The position numbers and the translations under genes are program-made. A stretch of DNA of 64,000 nucleotides from Octopus vulgaris (taxonomy: Eukaryota). Below are positions 42,007-52,899 of the stretch, in pieces. The notes beneath the pieces were generated by a model. The model worked only from the letters and a program-made list of their open reading frames with translations, ran no database searches and had not been told where the DNA came from. The number at the start of each line of letters is the position of its first letter. The first letter of the stretch is position 1. The stretch is from the NCBI GenBank assembly GCA_951406725.2, contig OX597816.1, forward strand, positions 169,508,001 to 169,572,000. The letters are read 5' to 3'.

Positions 42007-42522
42007 TATAAGTATATATATAATAATATACATACACATAAGGTTACAGATAATCAAATATATATACTGGAGTATACATATACATCCACATCATATATAT
42101 ATATATATACGCGCACACACATTAATTGCCAATAAGGGTACCATATTTCGTTTAATACTATGAAGCATTTTCAGTTATCTCTACAGATGTTGATATTCTA
42201 TTGAGTTTAGAGCCACCGCTGTAAGTTACGACGTTTCGTATACGAATACGTCTACATACACAACGCGATCGAAGATAGAAAAGTAGGCAATGGGTGTGTA
42301 TGCATATTTCAGGAGTTATGCTCCTTCTTCAGAATCACAAACAACCCATTAATCATTCATGAATGCATTGCTTAATTAGCCACTAAGTTTAATGGTGTAG
42401 TAATGCTGGATTAATCAATTTACATAGTAAACGCATTCCTGGCAAATAGTACCTTTAAGGTATCTGTAGAGATGACTTAAAAGTGATACAAACACATATA
42501 CATACGTGCATACGTACGTAGG

Positions 42523-42588
<66 letters not shown>

Positions 42589-42602
42589 GTGTGTGTGTGT
42601 GT

Positions 42603-42903
42603 AGGCGCAATGGCCCAGTGGTTAGGGCAGCGGACTCGCGGTCGTAGGATCGCGGTTTCGATTCCCAGACCGAGCGTTGTGAGAGTTTATTGAGCGAAAA
42701 CACCTAAAAGCTCCACGAGGCTCCGGCATGGGGTGGTGGCGATCCCTGCTGTACTCTTTCGCCTCAACTTTCTCTTACTCTTTTTTTCTGTTGGCCTGTT
42801 CGCTTAGCCAGCGGGGTGGCTTCATTTGAAGGCTAAAACAATGCGAAGCGCATTGTGACCAGCGATGTGTAGCAACATATGATAGCCTGGTCGGTGACGG
42901 TGA
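42603..42903 (+). mobile_element. SINE family C, full length
   Basis: TGGCCCAGTGG A box, GTTTCGATTCC B box, tRNA-Arg-like head. Confidence 0.9.
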
Positions 42904-42980
42904 TATATATATTCAACTTATGTAGCAGTCCCTTGATTCCATGAAGACTTTACCTCTTTCTCTCTTCAAATTTTGACCGA

Positions 42981-43395
42981 GGCGCAGGAGTGGCTGTGTG
43001 GTAAGTAGCTTGCTAACCAACCACATGGTTCCGGGTTCAGTCCCACTGCGTGACATCTTGGGCAAGTGTCTTCTGCTATAGCCCCGGGCCGACCAAAGCC
43101 TTGTGAGTGGATTTGGTAGACGGAAACTGAAAGAAGCCTGTCGTATATATGTATATATATGTATGTATGTGTGTGTGTGTGTGTGTGTGCCTGTGTTTGT
43201 CCCCCTAGCATTGCTTGACAACTGATGCTGGTGTGTTTACGTCCCCGTCACTTAGCGGTTCGGCAAAAAGAGCCCGATAGAATAAGTACTGGGCTTACAA
43301 AGAATAAGTCCCGGGGTCGAGTTGCTCGATTAAAGGCGGTGCTCCAGCATGGCCGCAGTCAAATGACTGAAACAAGTAAGAGAGTAAGAGAGAGT
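42981..43395 (+). mobile_element. SINE family A, full length
   Basis: Complete copy. Confidence 0.92.
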
Positions 43396-43399
43396 CTTT

Positions 43400-44010
43400 A
43401 GTGCGTATGGAGATGCGAATCAAGAACAATGTGAGAGAACACAGCTTCGATGGCAAGTTGGATACAGATGAGGGCATCGACTTTCGATGATTGAATTTCG
43501 GCAATAGTGATGGGTTGCCCTTCCTTTGGTTTTTGCTCTTCCCAGAGAAGTTACATGAAACCGAAGTTTGGACACACTAGTTTTCTTGCCGATACAGGAG
43601 GTACTGCACAGATTGTAGGGCGTGTAAGTTGATGATGAATCCGAAACACTGTACGTCTCACAACTCGTGAAAAAGATATCATGAGCGTCACGGAAATGCA
43701 CATTCATATAGTACAGTAGATAGCAGTTACGTCACCATAAGGGCTTCAAAGTTGTTTTTCACTCCGCAGGTATCTTAAATATCGTGTTGGTAATGATGAG
43801 GCTATTTGAATTTAGACTGATGCCGTGGACTCCAATTATTCAGGTGACGACGGTCGAATTCTTGCCTACTGCAGCATTAATGTCGCCCAAAAAGAACTAC
43901 AATTAACAAGATGTATTTCGAACCATTTGATCCAAAATAGCATAAAATTTGTAATTCGTTTCTTCTTAGAAATCCAGAGTGGACGCTCTTCGACTGGTGC
44001 CCTGACATAA
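43400..44010 (-). pseudogene. RTE-clade LINE AP-endonuclease domain fragment
   Basis: Manual translation STLD..EETNYKFYAILDQ..FLGDINAAVGK..IIGVHG..LIITNTIFKIP..KTT..YMNVHFRDAHDI. Confidence 0.78.
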
Positions 44011-44029
44011 CGCAACCGTATTATATATA

Positions 44030-44260
44030 TTTCTTTATTGCCCGCAAGGGGCTAAACATAGAGAGGACAAACAAGGACAGACAAAGGGATTAAGTCGATT
44101 ACATCGACCCCAGTGCGAAACTGGTACTTTTATTTATCGACCCCGAAAGGATGAAAGGCAAAGTCGACCTCGGTGGAATTTGAACTCAGAACGTAACGAC
44201 AGACGAAATACCGCTAAGCATTCCGCCCAGCGCGCTAACGTGTCTGCCAGCTCGCCGTCT
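44030..44260 (-). mobile_element. SINE family B, full length
   Basis: Reverse complement of family consensus. Confidence 0.9.
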
Positions 44261-44611
44261 TATATAGCGACAGGACATTCCCCAATTCGGTACACACACA
44301 AACACATACGCACATAAACATCCACACCCACACACCGCACGCACGTACACGTACACACCCATACGTACAAGCATACATATCACACACACACACATATTGT
44401 TCTAATTTAGGCCAGTTTTGAGGATAGGTGCTCAGTCGATTCCTGCAAGATTGATGTTTTATATGTACTTTATTTTTATCGACTTCGGTGAAAAGAAAGG
44501 CAAAGTCGATCGGGGCGAGATTTGCTCTTAGAATACAAAGAGAAAGAAAAAAAATACCACCCATTGCACAAGGCTCAGACACTTCTGCCATTACATACAT
44601 ACATACACACA

Positions 44612-44708
<97 letters not shown>

Positions 44709-45129
44709 TCTTTATCTTTTATTAAACTTTTAATACTTTTGATATATATTTAAAATCATATAAATTAATTAATTTTATGTATTGGCTTATGTTTTTCATT
44801 GTTTGATTTGCCTAATAGTGGTTTTATCTCTAATTTAATATAATATAATATAATATATTTATACTATAAAATTGGATTTAATCCTAAATCTGATTTTTCC
44901 CTGTAAGTTTGGATTTATTCCCTAATATTTTATTATTAATTTATATATATATAATTTCAGCAAAACAATTTAGATTCAAATGAATATGGTACTTAACTTA
45001 GATGCACCAGAATTTTTTTATGGTATTACCCATAAAATTGTGTGGGGTGATTAAAATCCAAAAATAAGCAGCAAGTCCATGATCCATTCTTGTTGCTTAT
45101 TTTTGGGTTTTGTATATGTATATATGTTG

Positions 45130-45420
45130 CAGCGAGGTCATTTAACCCTATTATCTCCCCTAATTTCGCTCTTGCGTCTCACGTTTGATCTTTGACTTCT
45201 GGCCGAAATCAGATCGCCATGTTGATTCGCTAGCCTCTGCACGCATTTTTTTCTCTCCTTCTTTCTGTGTTTCTTCTCTGTATATCTTTCTGTTGAAGAG
45301 CGTAGGCTCGAAACGTTAAAGACTTGTTTTATTTATATTTCCTGAGCGCCATACTAATACAATTGTTTGTTTGTATTCCACCTGCCTTCGTCTTTTGTTT
45401 ATTTTCATAAAGCTTCCCGT

Positions 45421-45421
<1 letters not shown>
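45130..45421 (+). mobile_element. Penelope-like element with hammerhead-like motif (45285-45322)
   Basis: TCTTT CTGTTGA AGAGCGTAGGCTC GAAAC GTT AAAGA; ends in (TA)n; sister of 20283-20520. Confidence 0.7.
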
Positions 45422-45488
<67 letters not shown>

Positions 45489-46360
45489 CACACACACAAC
45501 TAGAGTTTCGGACATACCGCTGGTCAAATCGCATTTCACATTTTGAATTATGCTATCTCGCTGGATAGGCGAGAAGGCCATATATAATACATACATACAT
45601 ACATACATACATACATACATACATACATACATACATACATACACATATATATATATATATATATATACATACATACATTCATGCACACACACACTCACAC
45701 ACACAGACGCAAGCACACACATTCAAACGCATATGCTGCTTTTGGTTGAAAGAGAAGACGCGAGTCTGTCTTACGACTGGAGATTCGATAAAAAAATTAT
45801 ATCCTCTAGAAAATGTATTAAGCACTCCTTTCTCATTCGTTCAACATCAAGCAATGTATGTATATATATATGTATTTATGTATGTATGTATGTATGTATG
45901 TATGTATGTATGTATGTATGTATGTATGTATGTATGTATGTATGTATGTATCTAATCATATACATATATGTGTGTGCATGTACATATATATATATATATA
46001 TATATTTCTGGAAACGATCATGTAATTTCAAGTAAGTAATTGCCGTTGACAATTTGATAGGTTTTTGTTTTCTTTCTCCAAGGAAGAACGGAATGATTTC
46101 GATGAAGAATATTTTGCGTACATCACTTCGCTTAATTGTCACATTTGATTTATTTCTCTTAGCTCCTTCAGTTCTTAATATATATACCCATATATACATT
46201 CACGCATATATACATACAAACATGCATACATACACATTCAAGCAGACATATGTATATGTGTGTGTATATGAGTGTTTGTGAATGTGTGTGTGAGTTCGTG
46301 TGTGTCTGTGTGCCAGTATGGTCACAGACTGACTGAAAGAAATAAAAGTACAAATGTACA

Positions 46361-46401
<41 letters not shown>

Positions 46402-46559
46402 TACTAACTCAAAAGTTTTGTATTTTGATTGAAGCGAAATGTACCCGTGCGATATGTCTATCTCGAGGTTTCTGTAGCTTAAAAGAAGCGACATTTTGCA
46501 ACTGGGATTCGAAACCAAATTCTTGTGTGAGACAACCGGAAAATTTCCTCTATTCGGCT

Positions 46560-46850
46560 TGATTCTCTGGATACGTGTACCGACAAATGCGTATACCAAC
46601 ACACATGTACCATATACGCGGATGTAAACATGTAAAGATAATGTGACCGCGTGTGTACCGTTGGCGATTTTTTTCCTTCCCTCTTCCCTTCTCTGGATCT
46701 TTCCTTTTCCTATGTTTCTGACGAAGAGCTCCGCTCGAAACATAAAACCTTCCTTCTTCCCTTCCTTCCTGAGCGTCCAATAATACTATATTTGTTCCAC
46801 GTCCTCGTGTTGTGTTTTCTCTTTGTGTTTTCATGTTTGGATTAAATATA
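46560..46850 (+). mobile_element. Penelope-like element with minimal hammerhead motif (46714-46748)
   Basis: GTTT CTGACGA AGAGC TCC GCTC GAAAC ATA AAAC. Confidence 0.7.
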
Positions 46851-46925
46851 CATATACATTCTCTCTGTCTCTCGCTCTGTCTCTCTCTGTCTCTCCCTCG
46901 CTCTGTCTCTCTCTGTCTCTCTCTA

Positions 46926-46973
<48 letters not shown>

Positions 46974-47052
46974 CTAAATACTACGACGCATGTTTTGAAT
47001 AACGTAGCCGCTTGAGAAAGAGACAGAGAGGCAAAGAGGAGAGAGAGATAGG

Positions 47053-47095
<43 letters not shown>

Positions 47096-48257
47096 GGAGA
47101 GAGGCGGGGTGTACGGAAGTGGAAGGATCATTAAATGGTATATAAAAAGAAGGGAGAAGGAACAATAAACAAAGTATGCGTGCACACGTATCCTGATGTC
47201 CAGTGTTGTGACTGAAAATAATGTTTCCGAACTATCACCACGCCCACATTTATAATTTCCATTAGGAACAAATATAAGCTAGCAAGGTCGTGTATATCCC
47301 TAAATTATCATATTCTGTATACATTAAAAAGGTTTTTTCTTGCATTGACAGCTATAGCAACAGTTGTTTGCCTTCAACCACCCAACACCCCACCATCACC
47401 ACCACCAGTTTTTCTCATTTATTTCTTTTAGTCCCGACAATTTGCGGATCATATTTAATAGATCAATCACCATGACCCTATGCCATATGTTTAGTTTGAC
47501 ACAAGACACACTTCACTGATCAGATTGTCGCCAGATTTTGGCAAACTTGTAATACTGACTTTAAAAAAAACAAAAAAACTGACTTCATAAACTGTCCATT
47601 CTATAAGTTTTTTTTTTTTTCTCGTTCATCGTTTCTCCGTAATTTTGATCCGCGTGTAAGGATCTTGCGATAATGATCTTTTTACAGAATTGGCTTACTC
47701 TCTAGGAAAGTAATGGACAACATAGATTGATATCCAATATCAGATACCACATCTCATATCTGCGCTTTCGGCGATAAACGTCATACGACGCTTTAGGTTA
47801 AGACTATTATTGAGATTTGTATGCGTATTTTGACTAGCTGGCTCCCGATAACTCGGATCACAACCTGATTGACGCATAAATAATAGCCTGAAATCTCGAG
47901 TGTTTATAACTATGATTAATAAGGTATTTTATATGCAATTTCATCAATATTCTTACAAAAACTTGATATTATGCTGATAGTGACGTTAAGGCTTTTTCTT
48001 CTTTTTTTTTTTGTTAAATAAATATTCATTTTCAGATGGGACAGCAAAAGACATCTATTTGGAGTTAACTACATTCGATAGATACGAAAGAAAGAATCAA
48101 CCAGTGGATGAGAAATTTGCCAACTCTCACTAGCAAATTTTTCTTTCATAGTCAGAGAGAATATGAAAAAAAATCTCTGGTTTTTCTCCCACGCGGCCTA
48201 AGTGGATTTAAAGAATGGGCAACAGGGGAGCTTTAATTCCTTAGAAAGGTAACATTC

Positions 48258-48309
<52 letters not shown>

Positions 48310-48449
48310 CTTAATCAGAGTGACCTTATTTTACATTCAAGACTATACATTTCTGTCCTAGCAGTGTGGCAAACTGGACTTGCCTCCTGTTATGAGGCTA
48401 CAATCTTTTCTATCGGCCCTCGAAGGATGAAAAGGCACAATATATTTAT

Positions 48450-48676
48450 GATTATTATTATTTTTCTTTTGTTATTGTTGTTGTTGTTATTATTATTATA
48501 TTACATTCTGAGTTCAAAGTCCGCCGAGATCGACTTGCTATTCATCGTTTCTAGGTGGATTAAATAAGTACCAGTTCCGCAGTGGGGTCGATATAATTGA
48601 CTTAATCCCTTCCCCCAAATTAGTGGCATTGCGCTTCCAGTAGAAAGGATTATTATTATTATTATTATCATCATCA

Positions 48677-48741
<65 letters not shown>

Positions 48742-49012
48742 GTTATTAAGGCGGCGAGTAGCCAGAATTGCTAGGATGCTGAACGAAATGTTTAGCGGTA
48801 TTTCGCCCGTCTCTACGTTCTTAGTTCAAATTCCGCCGAGATGGACTTTACCTTTCATCTTTTCGGGGTCGAGAAAATATGCACCAGTTAAACACTGGGG
48901 GGTCAATGTAATAATATGAGTACCAGTTGAACACTGGGGTCGATGTAGTCGACTCATGCCCTCCTCCAAAATTGCTGCCCTTGTGGAAAAATATAAAACC
49001 ATTATTATTATG

Positions 49013-49051
<39 letters not shown>

Positions 49052-49133
49052 GTTATTATTATCATTATTATTATTATTATCATTATTATTATTATTATTA
49101 TTATCATTATTATTATTATTATTATCATTATTA

Positions 49134-49194
<61 letters not shown>

Positions 49195-49307
49195 CATCAT
49201 TATTATTATTATTATTATTATTATCATCATTATTATTACTATTATTATTATTATCATTATTATTATTATTATTATCATTATTATTATTATTATTATCATT
49301 ATCATCA

Positions 49308-49347
<40 letters not shown>

Positions 49348-49389
49348 CATCATTATTATTATTATTATTTATTATTATTATTATTATTA

Positions 49390-49429
<40 letters not shown>

Positions 49430-49453
49430 CATCATTATTATTATTATCATTAC

Positions 49454-49501
<48 letters not shown>

Positions 49502-49521
49502 CATTATTATTATCATCATCA

Positions 49522-49586
<65 letters not shown>

Positions 49587-49690
49587 GGTGGTGAGCTTGG
49601 CAGAATCGTTACCGTATCAGATAAAATGCATACCGAAATTTCGTTCACTTTACGTTCTAATATCAAATCTCGCCGGGGTTGACTTTGTCT
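48450..49690 (+). mobile_element. Head-to-tail array of three SINE family B copies separated by long (ATT)n
   Basis: Copies at ~48500-48650, 48748-48998, 49585-49690; (ATT/ATC)n ~49001-49585. Confidence 0.88.
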
Positions 49691-49704
49691 GGTATAAAGA
49701 TGTT

Positions 49705-50123
49705 ATTCTTTCATTTGTTTCAGAAAATTTGACTGCGGTCATTCTGGAGCACCGCCTTTAGTCGAACAAATCGATCCCAGGACTTGTTTTTTTGTAAGCC
49801 TAGTTCTTATTCTATCGGTCTCTTTGCCGAAACGCTCTGGGGACGTAAACACACCAACGTCGGTTGTCAAGCGATGGTGGAGTCAAAATCAGACACAAAT
49901 ACACACACACACACACACATGCACACATGCACACACACAGACACACACGCATATATAACACAGGCTTCTTTCAGTTTCCGTCCACCATATCCATTCACAA
50001 TGCCTTGGTCGGCCCGAGACTATAGTAGAAGACACTATAGTAGAAGGTGCCACGCAGTGGGACTGAACTCGAAAAAATGTGTTTGAGATGCAAGCTTCTT
50101 ACCACACAGCCACTCTTGCGCCT
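49705..50123 (-). mobile_element. SINE family A, diverged
   Basis: Family motifs. Confidence 0.85.
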
Positions 50124-50340
50124 ATATATAAAATATGGAACGCATCAGGAATTTGCGTGTTATCCTTCCGCAGGTGATGTTGCACATTCTTTTTTTAAAA
50201 AATTTAAATCCCGTCTTCATCTTAAGTGTTTTAACCTAAGATGTACGGAGTTAAAACGTATTAGTTATTTCAAAGTCGGTATAATGTTTATTGATAAAGA
50301 TTCGGGTAGGTGGAGAGATTATGTAGAAGTTCCCACAAAA

Positions 50341-50766
50341 GGCGCAGGAGTGGCTGTGTGGTAAGTAGCTTGCTAACCAACCACATGGTTCCGGGTTCAG
50401 TCCCACTGCGTGGCACCTTGGGCAAGTGTCTTCTGCTATAGCCCCGGGCCGACCAATGCTTTGTGAGTGGATTTGGTAGACGGAAACTGAAAGAAGCCTG
50501 TCGTATATATGTATATATATATATATGTATGTATGTGTGTGTGTGTGTTTGTGTGTCTGTATTTGTCCCCCTAGCATTGCTTGACAACCGATGCTGGTGT
50601 GTTTATGTCCTCGTCACTTAGCGGTTCGGCAAAAGAGAACGATAGAATAAGTACTGGGCTTACAAAGATTAAGTCCCGGGGGCGATTTGTTCGACTAAAG
50701 GCGGTGCTCCAGCATGGCCGCAGTCAAATGACTGAAACAAGTAAAAGAGTAAAGAGAGTAAAGAGT
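50341..50766 (+). mobile_element. SINE family A, full length
   Basis: Complete copy. Confidence 0.92.
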
Positions 50767-51061
50767 TTGAATTATGCTTTAATGTATCATGAGATTTCAG
50801 GTTCTCGAACGTGTGCACTATACTTAGTTTATTTGATTGAAGAACAGCATACTTGCCATAATGATCACTAAAATGTTTTTACTCTAACCACTACCAGTTT
50901 TTTATTCGAGAAGAATGCTCTCCCGAAAAACGAATGGTATAAAGTTACATATTTCAAGAAGATAAACAATTACAAGAACCCTAGTACTTAGCTACTTTTC
51001 ACTTCATCGAATTCAGAAGAATGAAATGCAATGTCCATTTCTGTGGGATTCTAATCCGGAA

Positions 51062-51630
51062 CATCATCATCATGTTTAACGTCCGCTTTCTATGCTAGCA
51101 TGGGTTGGACAGAAGGCTGGCAAACCAGATGGCTGCACCAAGCTCCAGTCTTGATCTGGCAGTTTCTACAGCTGGATGCCCTTCCTAACGCCAACCACTC
51201 CGAGAGTGTAGTAGGTGCTCTTTACGTGTCACCGGCACGTGGGCCAGTCAGTCGGTACTGGCAATGACCTCGCTCGAATCTTTTTACACGTGCCACCGGC
51301 ACAGGTGCCAGTGAAGCGACGTTGGTAACGATCACGTTCGAATGGTGCCCTTTTACGTGCCACGGGTACGGAAGCCAGTTGGCTGCTCTGGCAACGATCA
51401 CGCTCGGATGGTGTTCTTGGCACCCTACTAGCACAGGCATGAGTGCCAGTAAGGCGACGCTGGTAACGATCATACTTGAATAGCCGCTCAGTCAACGATC
51501 ACACTCGTATGGTGCTCTTTGCACCTCGCTAGCACGGATGCCAGTCATCGAAATGATTTTGATTTTGATTTCACTTGCCTCAACAGGTCTTTGCAAGCAA
51601 AGTTTAGTGACCAAAAGGGAAACAAGTAAA
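51062..51630 (-). mobile_element. SINE-like family E with internal ~65-bp minisatellite and (GAT)n tail
   Basis: Minus strand GGTTGGCGTTAGGAAGGGCATCCAGC and GCGGACGTTAAACATGATGATG tail; 4-5 degenerate units at 51220-51550. Confidence 0.65.
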
Positions 51631-52189
51631 TGACAATAATATGTTTCCTGGAGGAACACGTCAATGATAATGGGAAAAGATGTGGTCTCGGTAGCGCAGC
51701 TTGCAGCGCGTCAGTCTCATTATTATATCCTTTTGACAACTGAGACTTCTGAGACTTCCGGCATTAGTCAGTTGTTGTTTTCATTGTCTAAACGCAAATA
51801 ATAAAAAAAAGTCCACTATATCAGAACAGTAACTAAACTAACTTAAGCACTAATTGGTGGCACCTATTCTTATCGTTTCTTAGAGAGAGAGTTGAATTCA
51901 ACATTGCAAACTAACGAACCACTTTTTTAATTTTTTTTGTTCAACCATCAAACTTGCCTAAATTTCTTTCGAAAGTAATTTTTCGAGGTGAATAGGAATG
52001 GCTAAGCGGTTACGCCACCAAATAGACAGTTGAGAAGCAAATAGTTCCTATCCGTGATCTGCAAATTTCTTGCGTCGTGGTACAAAAATTAACACTGAAA
52101 TTGCCCACACCACACAAACATATACATTCACACGGGCATACACACACATACACACACACACGAACACATACAAAAACAGGTAGTTATAT

Positions 52190-52386
52190 ACGGCGCTTTG
52201 GGTAAAAGAAAATACAAAAGGATAAGTTAATTATGATTTTATTCAACATATTCCCCTCTTAGGTTCATATACTTATTACAGCAGTCCTTCAGTTTTTCTA
52301 AGCTCTCTAAAAGAATTCGGAAGTTTGGACTTCTAGCCAGGCCTTTCGTGACAAAGCCAGGAACTTTTCAGCCTCATCCCCTGCAT
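52190..52386 (-). mobile_element. mariner-derived non-autonomous remnant
   Basis: GCTGAAAAGTTCCTGGC TIR-like end; CNKYMNLRGEYVE* resembles mariner C-terminus. Confidence 0.55.
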
Positions 52387-52439
52387 ATACGACGATAGGC
52401 TTCCTTGCAATTTCCTTATACCTAATGACACTTTCTTTT

Positions 52440-52790
52440 ATTTCTTTTATTTTATTCGTTTCAGTCATTTTGTCTGCAGCCATGCTGGAGCACCGCCTTT
52501 AGTCGAGCAAATCGACCCCAAGGACTTATTCTATCGGTCTCTTTTTCCGAACCGCTAAGGTAAACACACCAGCATCGATGTCAAGCGATGTTGGGACACA
52601 CACACACACACACAAGCACACATACACACATATGTATATACGACGGGCTTCTTTCAGTTTCCGTCTACAAAATCCACTCACAAGGTATTGGTCAGCCCGG
52701 GGCCATAATAGAAAACACTTGCCCAAGGACTGAACCCGGAACCATGTGGTTCGTTAGCAAGCTACTTTCCACACAGCCACTCCTGCCCCT
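52440..52790 (-). mobile_element. SINE family A with small deletions
   Basis: Family motifs. Confidence 0.85.
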
Positions 52791-52899
52791 ACACTGATAA
52801 GTTGCTGCTCAAATCACGGCTTTAATAGAAAGCATTTATTCAAAGTGTTATGCAGTGTTATAGGTGCAGGAGTGGCTGTGTGGTAAGTAGCTTGGTAAC

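Noticed and set aside
42225-42335. Possible hammerhead on minus strand (CTGAAGA..CGAAACGTCGTA)
   Set aside because: Stems I and II do not pair convincingly.
42603-42675. tRNA gene candidates (A/B boxes) at SINE heads
   Set aside because: No complete cloverleaf; always followed by SINE body and tail.
42913-43221. Recurrent ORF 'MSSNARGTNT..RLPNPLTRLWSARGYSRRHLPKVPRSGTEPGTMW' in many places
   Set aside because: Antisense translation of SINE A; frame varies with microsatellite length.
48036-48248. Possible host exon (TTTTCAG acceptor, AAG|GTAAC donor)
   Set aside because: Stop codons in all three frames and no supporting neighbouring exons; could only be non-coding or terminal, which needs RNA-seq to test.
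51220-51550. CRISPR-like repeat array
   Set aside because: Degenerate tandem units without unique spacers, eukaryotic context, no cas genes.
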